DNA of 64,000 nt from an uncultured Bacilli bacterium. Its GTDB lineage: Bacteria > Bacillota_I > Bacilli_A > RF39 > UBA660. Each line of letters starts with the position of its first letter. Position 1 is the first letter of the stretch. Below, one piece after another: positions 19,607 through 28,713 of the stretch. The translations under genes were made by a program, and so were the position numbers. Location of the stretch: contig CAKPLN010000001.1 in NCBI GenBank assembly GCA_934167665.1, positions 341,331 through 405,330 of the forward strand, written 5' to 3'. Below the pieces are notes generated by a model. That model had not been told where the DNA came from. It ran no database searches and worked only from the letters and a program-made list of their open reading frames with translations.

Positions 19607-20152
19607 TTATATTTTATCTCCAATTTTATTAACTTCAATATTATCAATATAAGTACCAATTATTCTTTTCATTTCTTCTCTAGAAGCATTAATTAAATTT
19701 AAAATATTAGTTAAAAATATATCGGGATTAACAAAAGTATCAATTGTTTCTGTATCTTCTAAAATTAATAAATCATTAGTAGTAAAGTTAAGGTTTTCAC
19801 GTTGTTTAATTTCTTTAATCTTGTTATTAATGTTATCAATTTTATATCTAATACTTTTTAATTCGTTATCGAACTCATTCATTTTAACAACACCATTTAA
19901 GTAAGCACATTTAAATCTTTCTTCTTGGTTTTCATAGTCTTGGTTCATATAATCAATTACATGTGAAAAACAAGGTGTTGCTATATCATGAAAAAGCCCT
20001 GCTAATGTTGCTTTTTTATCTTTTGTTAATTTATAAACTATCAAACAAACTGTTAACGAATGATCATATCTACTTATATACTCTCTAAAATCATATATAT
20101 CTTTTGAAGCATCGTCCATTCCACAAAAATAACCAATATTTTTTAACCTCAA
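19607..20152 (-). CDS. HD-domain phosphohydrolase (YfbR-like 5'-deoxynucleotidase pattern)
   Basis: H...HD motif (DHSLTV ... GLFHDIATP). TTG start. A coding-like reading-frame continuation downstream (19420-19600) suggests a possible frameshift. Confidence 0.45.
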   Translation of the reverse strand: MRLKNIGYFCGMDDASKDIYDFREYISRYDHSLTVCLIVYKLTKDKKATLAGLFHDIATPCFSHVIDYMNQDYENQEERFKCAYLNGVVKMNEFDNELKSIRYKIDNINNKIKEIKQRENLNFTTNDLLILEDTETIDTFVNPDIFLTNILNLINASREEMKRIIGTYIDNIEVNKIGDKI

Positions 20153-20256
20153 TAAAGATGGAGTTTTTTAAATATTTAATAAGAAAATTGGGTAAGTTTG
20201 AATAATCAAGTTGCTCCAAGTAATATTGCAAATACATTTTTTCACCAACTTTCTAG

Positions 20257-20763
20257 TTATTTACTTATCATTTTTAAAGTTTTATTCATTTTTTCTAGAC
20301 AGTAATTATTTAATTCTTCATCACTATAATTCAATAATTTAGATAATGCTATTAAATAAGATAATAGTTTTAATAACTTTTCTTTATCTAGATTTATTGT
20401 TAATGAAGAAGCAAGTTTATTTGATTCTATAAATAACTTAACCATATCAGTTTCAGATATATCTTCTATTTGTATTTCTTCAATATTAGCTAAATCACAA
20501 AAACATAAAGTAATCATCAAGCAATCAGCAAACTCAGGTATTGTTATATCAGGGCTACTTTGTTTTTCATCTTTCCAATATTTAAAACACTTAGTTTCAT
20601 AAGCAAATTCACTTAATTCGCAAATTAATTCTAATACCTGTTTATAGAAAATTTCTTCATTTTCATAATCATATTTTTTTCTAAAATATGAATTTATTAT
20701 CTTTTCTTTTTCGTATATTTCTTTTAAGTTCATATAGCCATCCTTTCGATTAGTAACCACCAA
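20257..20763 (-). CDS. Hypothetical acidic helical protein; weak resemblance to MazG-like / dimeric dUTPase NTP pyrophosphatases
   Basis: The pattern ELICELSEFAYETKCFKYW is the only hint. Confidence is low. Confidence 0.2.
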   Translation of the reverse strand: MVVTNRKDGYMNLKEIYEKEKIINSYFRKKYDYENEEIFYKQVLELICELSEFAYETKCFKYWKDEKQSSPDITIPEFADCLMITLCFCDLANIEEIQIEDISETDMVKLFIESNKLASSLTINLDKEKLLKLLSYLIALSKLLNYSDEELNNYCLEKMNKTLKMISK

Positions 20764-20839
20764 TTGAATATATTATATCAGAAAATTATTGATTAGTCTT
20801 TAAATGGTAAATAAAAAAGAAAACAGTAGCATTGATACA

Positions 20840-21112
20840 TTATATTTCTATATCAAAATCGTCTTTTTCTTTGTTGTTATTGTGTTCTTTAGCAAACCTA
20901 TAGTAATCTCTAATATCTTCTATTGTTTCATCACTAAATATTCCATGCTCATATAATTCCTTTGAAAAGTGTATATAATCTTCTCGATCCTTTTCTTTTC
21001 CAAAGATTCGTTTTTTAATAAAGTTTACCAATCTATCAAATAAATTTTCAAAATAATTGATAGTTCTTTTTAATTCTTCACTTATTACAAGTTTTTTAGT
21101 TTCTATTGTCAT
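20840..21112 (-). CDS. Hypothetical protein
   Basis: 90 aa ORF with charged, helical character. Confidence 0.3.
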   Translation of the reverse strand: MTIETKKLVISEELKRTINYFENLFDRLVNFIKKRIFGKEKDREDYIHFSKELYEHGIFSDETIEDIRDYYRFAKEHNNNKEKDDFDIEI

Positions 21113-21141
21113 AACTCGATCACTTTCCTTTCTTAAATAAC

Positions 21142-21166
21142 AAAAAAACTAACTATTTCTAGTTAG
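21142..21166 (-). terminator. Terminator downstream of the tRNA pair
   Basis: On the minus strand, CTAACTA-GAAA-TAGTTAG followed by T7. A second 9 bp hairpin lies at 21179-21199. Confidence 0.55.
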
Positions 21167-21209
21167 CGTTTATTACTTAAACTCGAAAAGTTCGAGTTTC
21201 CTATCAATC

Positions 21210-21283
21210 TGGTGCCGAAAGACAGAATTGAACTGTCCGCTGATCCTTACCAAGGATCTGTTTTACCACTAAACTATATCGGC
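21210..21283 (-). tRNA. tRNA-Thr (anticodon GGU)
   Basis: Folded by hand: GCCGATA acceptor stem, GTTT/AAAC D-stem, GATCC-TTGGTAA-GGATC anticodon arm, GACAG-TTCAATT-CTGTC T-arm, ACCA end. 74 nt. Confidence 0.85.
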
Positions 21284-21351
21284 AACTACACATTTATATT
21301 ATCGTAAATACTATAAAAAAACAATTGTTAATTTACTTATTACTAAAAAAT

Positions 21352-21426
21352 TGGTGTTCAAGGCGGGAATCGAACCCACACCATTTCCTTCGGGGGGAAA
21401 TATTCTATCCATTAAAATACTTGAAC
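21352..21426 (-). tRNA. tRNA-Arg (anticodon CCG), with an unusual C at position 33
   Basis: Perfect GTTCAAG/CTTGAAC acceptor stem, TTTCC-CCCCGAA-GGAAA anticodon arm, GTGGG-TTCGATT-CCCGC T-arm, ACCA end. 75 nt. The D-stem is weak. Confidence 0.65.
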
Positions 21427-21436
21427 GAAAAAAGTG

Positions 21437-21928
21437 CTACTCGCACTTAACTCCGAAAGGTTTTGTAAAGTCAAGCCAAGTTTGCAATTTGACTTTACCA
21501 TCACTATCAATAACATTATCTTCAGAACCTTCAATATCTAAAAGTGCTTCAATATCAATTTTTGCATAATTAATAGTCGTATCTCTAGTAACAGAATTAT
21601 TATCTCTTACAACTTCAGTATCATAATATTCTAATCCCTTATACTGCTTATTAATATTATTATATGCTTCTTCATAAATATCTAAAATACTACTGTCATC
21701 ACTAATAATTTGTTCAACAGAATGAAGAATTGTTAAATACTCACCTTCATAATAAACTTCATAATTCATGTTAGTAGTACCACCATCAATACTTCCCGCT
21801 CTACTACACTTCATCATACCATCAGCCGAAGCAATTGTACCACCACAAGCAGTACATACAAAAATTAAACTAAAAATTATAACTAATTGTAAAAATCCCC
21901 AAAATTTACTCATTATCATCATCCTCAA
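21437..21928 (-). CDS. Secreted protein or lipoprotein, hypothetical
   Basis: N-terminal signal peptide with Cys residues (LIFVCTACGG). Confidence 0.4.
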   Translation of the reverse strand: MRMMIMSKFWGFLQLVIIFSLIFVCTACGGTIASADGMMKCSRAGSIDGGTTNMNYEVYYEGEYLTILHSVEQIISDDSSILDIYEEAYNNINKQYKGLEYYDTEVVRDNNSVTRDTTINYAKIDIEALLDIEGSEDNVIDSDGKVKLQTWLDFTKPFGVKCE

Positions 21929-22556
21929 GTAATTTAATAATTTTCTTTTGTGTTTTTTCTATCTCCATAATATGATCATGAAGTGATTCCAATATTAATT
22001 CACTCTTTAAATCAGTTCGATAATCATTTTGATTTCTTAAACTGTCTTTAGCAGCCTGCCTATTTTGACTCATCATAATAATTGGAGCTTGAATAGCTGC
22101 AATACAAGACAAGACCAAATTCAATAATATAAATGGATAAGGGTCAATTTCGCTACCACTAACAAAAATAACTGTATTTAAAATAACCCAACCAACTAAA
22201 AATAAAACAAAAATAATTATAAATGTCCAACTTCCAGCAACCTCACTGACTTTATCAGCAACTCGATCCCCAAAAGACATCTTAGCTTCTTCTTGTTTAT
22301 CAACATCAATAGCAATAGGTTGATCTATAAGTAAATCAAATAACTCTGTCTCATCTTTTTCATCAAGTTCATTATTCATTAATAACATTTTAACGATTTC
22401 TTTTTTAGTTTTTCTCTTTTCCATAACAACCACCTTAAAAATTGTATCATACAAAAAATACTTATAAAAGTATAATACCATAAAATAGCTTAAGTATAAA
22501 GCATAACTAAAAAAAAAGACAAATAAGTATCTTACCAATTTGTCACATAAAAACAT
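21906..22556 (-). CDS. DUF1003 membrane protein
   Basis: SWTFIIIFVLFLVGWVILN...DPYPFILLNLVLSCIAAIQAPIIMMSQNRQ. The real start is probably the internal Met near 22424. Confidence 0.55.
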   Translation of the reverse strand: MFLCDKLVRYLFVFFFSYALYLSYFMVLYFYKYFLYDTIFKVVVMEKRKTKKEIVKMLLMNNELDEKDETELFDLLIDQPIAIDVDKQEEAKMSFGDRVADKVSEVAGSWTFIIIFVLFLVGWVILNTVIFVSGSEIDPYPFILLNLVLSCIAAIQAPIIMMSQNRQAAKDSLRNQNDYRTDLKSELILESLHDHIMEIEKTQKKIIKLLEDDDNE

Positions 22557-22577
22557 TTATCTAAATATTCTAAGAAA

Positions 22578-23399
22578 TTATAAAAATGAATATAAATTAT
22601 CATAAAATAACTTATCAATAGAAAAATCCATATTTTTAAAAAAGTTGTGATTAGCAAGTTCTAGTACCAAAGACTTTCCTACAACAGTATTACAATACTC
22701 TAAAGCTTTTTCCCTAAAAATATCCATTTCTCCTACAATAAACAAAATATCACTTTTAAATTTTTCTTTATTAAGTTCTGGAAAAATTAAATAATTATTA
22801 ATATCTTTACTAGAAACATTTTTCTTATAATACTGTTGTACTTTACTAATTAGTTCTAAATTATAGCGCTCATTTTTTGACATAGTAGTATCATCAAGCA
22901 CATCTTTTCCAATAATAGGACTAACAACAATAGATTTATTAATAACTTCTTTACTAAGTCTATTAATTCCTAGTACCATATTAGCACCAATTGAATCCCC
23001 CATTAAAGCAATATTAGAAGAACTAATACCAGTTTTAATTAACTCCTCATTTAAGAAATTATAAGTTTTAAAACAGCTATCCAAACAGTTTAAATATGAA
23101 TCATTCTCATCATAATCAAGTGCAATAACTAAGCTCTTAGTCTTAACCGCAATACCACTACAAAAACTAGCATAATTATCACAAGAAGATATACTAGTTA
23201 TACCATGTATATATATTATAATTTTTTCAATCTTTGAAACTCTTTCAGGATAAAATATTCTAACAGGTAAAACATCTTCACTCAAAACAACTTTATAACT
23301 AGAAATATTATTCTTAGAAATAGTAGGATGAATAATTTTACCAATATTACTATATAATCTATAATGTAAATTTCCATCAAAATTATCTATTTGCTTCAC
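22578..23399 (-). CDS. Alpha/beta hydrolase (esterase/lipase family)
   Basis: GDSIGAN, a GxSxG nucleophile elbow. Confidence 0.55.
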   Translation of the reverse strand: MKQIDNFDGNLHYRLYSNIGKIIHPTISKNNISSYKVVLSEDVLPVRIFYPERVSKIEKIIIYIHGITSISSCDNYASFCSGIAVKTKSLVIALDYDENDSYLNCLDSCFKTYNFLNEELIKTGISSSNIALMGDSIGANMVLGINRLSKEVINKSIVVSPIIGKDVLDDTTMSKNERYNLELISKVQQYYKKNVSSKDINNYLIFPELNKEKFKSDILFIVGEMDIFREKALEYCNTVVGKSLVLELANHNFFKNMDFSIDKLFYDNLYSFL

Positions 23400-23427
23400 A
23401 ATATACTCACCATCTTTATAATATCAT

Positions 23428-23459
23428 AAAAATCAAAAGCTTTTTTCTAAAGAAAAAGC
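23428..23459 (-). terminator. Rho-independent terminator
   Basis: GCTTTTT-CTTTAG-AAAAAGC followed by a T-run on the minus strand. Confidence 0.5.
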
Positions 23460-23468
23460 CACTTGACA

Positions 23469-24110
23469 CTATTTACCACTATTTTTTAAATTTTCTCGCA
23501 TTAATTTTTCAACTTCTGCTTCTAACTTTTTATTAGCCTTTTCTAAATCATCATCAGCTTTAAATGGTTTCCCAAATCTAATCATTAAATTTTTACTTCG
23601 AAATTTATAATCACCAGTAATACCAAAAGGAACTAAATAAGAATCTGTCTTATTAGCCATAGAAACTGCTCCGTACTTAAATGGTAGTAAAAACTGTTCT
23701 GTTTTATTACGAGTTCCCTCTGGGAAAAGCCCCAATGCATAACCATTATTTAATACTTCTAAAGCCTTCTTTTTAGCATTCTCATCTTTCCTACTACGAT
23801 CAACAGGAATACATCCTACCATCTTAAAAAACCAAGCAAACTTGCCTTCGAAATATTCTTTCTTTGCCATATAATGAATAGGTCTCTTAGTCGCTATAAT
23901 AGCTAAACATTGATCAAATAAATGTTTATGATTACCAACAATAAGAATTGAACCCTCTTTAAGAATATTCTCTTTACCAATGATTGTTGGATTATAATAT
24001 AGTTTAAAAATTAATCCTAATACAGGTTTAAGAAATCTATACATATACATCTTATCTTTCTTCATTTTCACTATTTTTCTCACTTTCTTCTCGCAACTTT
24101 TTAAAATCAA
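23469..24110 (-). CDS. 1-acylglycerol-3-phosphate O-acyltransferase family (PlsC-like)
   Basis: NHKHLFD (the HxxxxD motif) and FPEGTR. Confidence 0.65.
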   Translation of the reverse strand: MILKSCEKKVRKIVKMKKDKMYMYRFLKPVLGLIFKLYYNPTIIGKENILKEGSILIVGNHKHLFDQCLAIIATKRPIHYMAKKEYFEGKFAWFFKMVGCIPVDRSRKDENAKKKALEVLNNGYALGLFPEGTRNKTEQFLLPFKYGAVSMANKTDSYLVPFGITGDYKFRSKNLMIRFGKPFKADDDLEKANKKLEAEVEKLMRENLKNSGK

Positions 24111-25788
24111 TTTTTCCTATAAGCGTTTTAGGTAAAGACTTTCTATATTCAAATTCATATGGTACCGAATAAGCTGCTAAATTCTTTTTACAATGTTCTT
24201 TAATACTATATTTAACAGTTAATGGATTATAGCCATTTTTAAGAACAATAAATGCCTTAGGTACTTCTACTTTATATGGATGTGGAATACCAACAACACT
24301 GCATTTTAAAACAGCTGGATGTTCTTCTATAACACTCTCAACATGATTAGGATATATATTATAACCACTACTAATTATCATTCTCTTAATTCTTTGACGA
24401 TAATAAATTATTCCCTCAGATGTCATCATTCCCATATCACCAGTATGAAGCCACAACGCTCCATCTTTATGTATTTGTAACATCTCATTAGTTTCTTTTT
24501 CATTATCCAAATATCCAAGCATAACAGTTGGACCACTAATACAAATTTCTCCGTCTGTTCCGTAAGGGACTTCATCTTGTGTACCAGGAGTAACTATTTT
24601 CATATAATTACCAGGAAAAGGAATACCAATACTTCCCTCACGATAAGCATCACCAAAAGATAAACAAACTGCTGCTAATGACTCTGTCATACCAAAACCT
24701 TGACTAATTTTAACCTTAGATCCATGATTACTTAGATACAAATTAACTTTTCTAATCAAACTATTAGATAATGAATCACCACCACTAATAACATATTTTA
24801 AATCACTAAGATCTAGACGATTATTATCAATATTAGTTAAAGCTTCAAATAAAGTAGGTACTCCGAAAATAACATTAGGTCGATATTTTTCAATCAATTT
24901 ATCAAACTTTCTTGAATTAAACTGTGGAATCATAATAACTTCACACCCTAAAACAAAAGGTGTATTAATAGAAACGCCTAAACCAAATCCATGAAACATT
25001 GGCATTATTCCCAAAACTCTGTCTCCAACATCAACATTCTTAAAAACAATTTTAGACTGCTCATTTAAAGCATTAAAAGCTCCATTAGATAACACAATTC
25101 CCTTAGGATTACCCGTAGTTCCACCACTATGCAATATTACTGCTACATCATCTCTACCAGTATCAACCTTATAGTCACTCAAATATGATGTTGACTTTCT
25201 CAAAAAATCTTTCCAATAAATATACTCTTCACTCTTCTTAGGCTTTTTAATCTTATACCCTTGAGTAAATTGATACCCTAGTCCTAAAAGAGATGGCATA
25301 GAATCTCTAGCAGAAACAACAATCGTCTTATAAACATCGGTTTCTCTAATTACATTTTTTACCTTTTCATAGCAAACATCTATCATAACCAACATAACAC
25401 TATGTGTAGAAACTAAATAATTCTTAATCTCTACTTCACTAGATAAAGGATGTATCATATTAGCAATAGCCCCTATTTTATTAATCGCATAAAAACTAAT
25501 AATCCCCTCTGGGGTATTAGGCATACAAATAGTTACAACGTCACCTTTTCTAATTCCAAAACTTCTAAAAGAACTTGCCGCTTTATCAATTTTACTTAAA
25601 AATTCCCTATAAGTAATATGTCTTCCAAAATAATTAATAGCGACATTCTCTCCGTTAGCAACAGCACTTCTTCTTACCATCTCATAAATAGAAACATCTT
25701 CTACTTTTATTTTCATTTCATTTTTTTTATAAAACTTTTTCCATGGTGTCTTTATCATCTTTTGTTTCAATATATCTAATACGTTCAT
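24052..25788 (-). CDS. AMP-dependent synthetase/ligase (acyl-CoA or acyl-ACP synthetase-like)
   Basis: AMP-binding motif ILHSGGTTGNPKGI and the typical adenylation C-terminal region. Confidence 0.8.
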   Translation of the reverse strand: MNVLDILKQKMIKTPWKKFYKKNEMKIKVEDVSIYEMVRRSAVANGENVAINYFGRHITYREFLSKIDKAASSFRSFGIRKGDVVTICMPNTPEGIISFYAINKIGAIANMIHPLSSEVEIKNYLVSTHSVMLVMIDVCYEKVKNVIRETDVYKTIVVSARDSMPSLLGLGYQFTQGYKIKKPKKSEEYIYWKDFLRKSTSYLSDYKVDTGRDDVAVILHSGGTTGNPKGIVLSNGAFNALNEQSKIVFKNVDVGDRVLGIMPMFHGFGLGVSINTPFVLGCEVIMIPQFNSRKFDKLIEKYRPNVIFGVPTLFEALTNIDNNRLDLSDLKYVISGGDSLSNSLIRKVNLYLSNHGSKVKISQGFGMTESLAAVCLSFGDAYREGSIGIPFPGNYMKIVTPGTQDEVPYGTDGEICISGPTVMLGYLDNEKETNEMLQIHKDGALWLHTGDMGMMTSEGIIYYRQRIKRMIISSGYNIYPNHVESVIEEHPAVLKCSVVGIPHPYKVEVPKAFIVLKNGYNPLTVKYSIKEHCKKNLAAYSVPYEFEYRKSLPKTLIGKIDFKKLREESEKNSENEER

Positions 25789-26362
25789 TATATTCCTCCA
25801 ATTTACTAGCTACAGACTTCATCAATTTTTTATTTTCACTATCTAAATCACTAGAAACTTTCATACCATTTAAAAACTCTATCTGAATGCGCCTTTTTCT
25901 AAAGCCAGCGTTGTACTTAGAAGTAATTACAAATGGCACTATAACACTTTTTGTCTCTTCAGCCATTTTAACAGCTCCTATTTTAAAAGGCATAACAATA
26001 TCTTTTGTTCTATTAATAGTACCTTCCGGAAATATTCCAATAACCTCACCCTTATTTAAAACTTCTACAGCACTAGTTAAAGCATTTTTATCATGAATTT
26101 TCCTATCTACTGGAATACACCCCATAAGTTTTACTACAGCACCAATTAAGCCCTTAAATAATTCAATTTTAGCTAAAAAATGAATAGGTCTATTAACTAA
26201 TGATATAAGTAATAAAGGATCTTTCCAATTAGTATGGTTTCCTGCTAAAACAACAGAACCATCCTTAGGAATATTTTCCCTTCCAATAATAATAGGACGA
26301 TATACAAGAAAAAAAATAGGCTTTAAAATAGTTTTACTAACTATATAAAATATATTCTTCAT
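25727..26362 (-). CDS. Second PlsC-like acyltransferase
   Basis: GNHTNWKDP and FPEGTINRTKD. Confidence 0.65.
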   Translation of the reverse strand: MKNIFYIVSKTILKPIFFLVYRPIIIGRENIPKDGSVVLAGNHTNWKDPLLLISLVNRPIHFLAKIELFKGLIGAVVKLMGCIPVDRKIHDKNALTSAVEVLNKGEVIGIFPEGTINRTKDIVMPFKIGAVKMAEETKSVIVPFVITSKYNAGFRKRRIQIEFLNGMKVSSDLDSENKKLMKSVASKLEEYNERIRYIETKDDKDTMEKVL

Positions 26363-26396
26363 ATCAATCTCCTATACTATTAATTTTACTACAAAC

Positions 26397-26427
26397 AAAA
26401 AAAATAGCAAATCTTTTGTTTTGCTAT
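26397..26427 (-). terminator. Rho-independent terminator after murI
   Basis: ATAGCAAA-hairpin-TTTGCTAT followed by T8. Confidence 0.5.
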
Positions 26428-26429
26428 AA

Positions 26430-27167
26430 TTATATTTCTTCATAAGTTGTATTATCTAACGAGTTATAAATAACTACTTTTCCAATACTATTACTATGAG
26501 ACAGTAAATTATGTAATTCCATTTGTCTTTTTACTTCTCTTGCTACACCATTAGCTCCATCAATTAAAGTAACATTCGGCATTTCTTCTAGTATCTCTTT
26601 CTTTATAAATGGATAATGTGTACAACCAAGTACTATTGAATCAATATCTTTATTTTTATAGTCTTTAAAAACTTCTTCTAAAATACGTTTGATTTCCCTT
26701 TTATCCTCTATTTCAATAGCATGAGCTAATCCATAACAACTAACTAAATAAATATTTTGGTAAGTTCTTTTATTATCTCTAACTAGTTCATTTATACGTT
26801 CAGACTCTATAGTTGCTGGAGTAGCCATCACAACTGTATTTTTAAAATCATGATCACACGCTACTTTAATAGCTGGAACAGTACCAATAAATATAGTATC
26901 GGGATACTCTTCACGAAGATACTTAATACATCTAGTAGTAGCAGTGTTACATGCAATTACTATAACACTACACCCTTCTTTTTTTAATCTCTCTACAATA
27001 GAAGAAGTAATTTTAAATAGTTCTTGATCACTTTTTTCACCATAGGGATTATTTAAACTATCACCATAATAAAAGATATCCTCATTAGGTAAAACTACTC
27101 TAATTTCCTGTAGAACACTTAAGCCACCCTTACCAGAATCAAAAACTCCAATTTTCATTATAAACAC
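26430..27167 (-). CDS. murI: Glutamate racemase
   Basis: VFDSGKGGLSV, CNTAT and GCTHYP motifs. Confidence 0.85.
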   Translation of the reverse strand: MFIMKIGVFDSGKGGLSVLQEIRVVLPNEDIFYYGDSLNNPYGEKSDQELFKITSSIVERLKKEGCSVIVIACNTATTRCIKYLREEYPDTIFIGTVPAIKVACDHDFKNTVVMATPATIESERINELVRDNKRTYQNIYLVSCYGLAHAIEIEDKREIKRILEEVFKDYKNKDIDSIVLGCTHYPFIKKEILEEMPNVTLIDGANGVAREVKRQMELHNLLSHSNSIGKVVIYNSLDNTTYEEI

Positions 27168-27201
27168 CCACTCTAAAATAAATTATTACAAATATAAAAC
27201 G

Positions 27202-27669
27202 CTAAGAAATTATCATCATTATCATTTCTTCTACCTTATCAATAATCATTCTTTTATTTTCTTCTCTACTCTCTCTATCAACTATCACAGTAGCATTATA
27301 ATACTTATTAACGTTTTTATCATAAACACTAATATAAACAGTATTATCATTACCAATAAGGTTATTTTTATCAACTCGTCCTAATTTACCTGTAACACCA
27401 ACTCCAAAATCACTATCAGCAAATAAACTAATATTACGACTCATCTCACAAGCTGTTTCCATACTATAAACACTATATTTATCTATAATATCTTTAGATA
27501 CTCCCATCTTAATTTTATATTCATTAGCATAAGTAACTGCACTATATTTTAAAACATCACTAGCTCCCTCAATATTTGTAATAGCATTAACAATACCACC
27601 GCCAGTACAAGACTCCATTGTTGCGATAGTCTTCTTTAATTCACTTAACTTAGACACTAAATCTTTCAT
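27202..27669 (-). CDS. CinA C-terminal domain / PncC-like nicotinamide-nucleotide amidohydrolase
   Basis: ATMESCTGGGIVNAIT motif. Confidence 0.65.
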   Translation of the reverse strand: MKDLVSKLSELKKTIATMESCTGGGIVNAITNIEGASDVLKYSAVTYANEYKIKMGVSKDIIDKYSVYSMETACEMSRNISLFADSDFGVGVTGKLGRVDKNNLIGNDNTVYISVYDKNVNKYYNATVIVDRESREENKRMIIDKVEEMIMMIIS

Positions 27670-27820
27670 AAAACATTCTCCTTAATTATTATGCTAATAT
27701 AACACAATATATCCAAAGTTTAATATAAGTTTATTATATCACTCATAGTAATTTTAACAAAGCAAATAAAAAAAGAAATACTATTACTAATATTTCTCAT
27801 AACTCTTATAAAGATTTAAA

Positions 27821-28300
27821 TTATTTTGTAGTAATAGTTGAATCTTTTTTAACGTAAGCAACTCCACTATCTTTATTATTACTGTTAGTCAATTGCTCTA
27901 CTGTTTGTGAAACAATATCTTCAATAGTAAAAGGAATACTTGGTTCAGGATTATTATAAGTACCAACAACTTCTGTTAAGAAAGGCTTTTCAAGTTCGCC
28001 TACTATCTTTTTATAACTAGGAAGTTTTATTAAATCCCTTACAGTGCCTAAATATTCACCTACTTTACCAATTCTCATGGCTCCAATTAAATATTGACTA
28101 GATTTTCCATCAATGAATGAACATAAAGCAACATCCATCATAAAACGACTATCTTTTTTAACCAAATCATAAAATTGCATACATTCATCAAAATTAACTA
28201 TTACTTTTCCATAGTAATACCACCAATGCATCAATAAAGTTGCTCTTTCCTCATCACTATATGAGTCAAATGTTTTAATATCCAATGTTTTAATATCCAT
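27821..28300 (-). CDS. Hypothetical protein
   Basis: Own strong promoter and a GAGGGGAG ribosome-binding site. No recognisable motif. Confidence 0.4.
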   Translation of the reverse strand: MDIKTLDIKTFDSYSDEERATLLMHWWYYYGKVIVNFDECMQFYDLVKKDSRFMMDVALCSFIDGKSSQYLIGAMRIGKVGEYLGTVRDLIKLPSYKKIVGELEKPFLTEVVGTYNNPEPSIPFTIEDIVSQTVEQLTNSNNKDSGVAYVKKDSTITTK

Positions 28301-28324
28301 AATAATCTCCCCTCAGCGGAAGAT

Positions 28325-28353
28325 ATTATAGCACACATCACCAATAAAAACAA
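28325..28353 (-). promoter_or_regulatory. Sigma-A-type promoter: TTGTTT, 17 nt spacer, TATAAT (minus strand)
   Basis: -35 at 28348-28353, -10 at 28325-28330, then GAGGGGAG and the ATG at 28300. Confidence 0.55.
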
Positions 28354-28396
28354 TACTATGTTATTTAAGGCCATCACGTTTACTTAATTTTCTGCT

Positions 28397-28651
28397 TTAT
28401 TTTTTAATATAGCTGATACCAGCAACACTATCTTGCCCCTGTTTAGATACAGCCTCTATTTCATCGATTACTGTTTTTATTTTATTATCTAATATTGCTG
28501 ATTGTCTATTTAACTCTAAAAGTTGTGCTTGAAGACTATCTATATGAGATACAGCATTTTCATCATCATTAACTTTTCTATCATAATAATCAGCAACAAT
28601 AAGTAATTTGTCAATACATAATCTCTTAAAAAAATCACTAACACCGTTCAT
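28397..28651 (-). CDS. Hypothetical small helical protein
   Basis: 84 aa with a predicted coiled-coil character. Confidence 0.3.
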   Translation of the reverse strand: MNGVSDFFKRLCIDKLLIVADYYDRKVNDDENAVSHIDSLQAQLLELNRQSAILDNKIKTVIDEIEAVSKQGQDSVAGISYIKK

Positions 28652-28713
28652 TGGAAAGCTCCAAACTTGTTTATCAAAAGGTAACTTTGCTTGTTCAATT
28701 AGCTCTCCTATCG

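Noticed and set aside
21351-21569. Supplied + strand ORF of 72 aa
   Set aside because: It reads straight through the minus-strand tRNA-Arg gene and a lipoprotein gene. This is a chance open frame.
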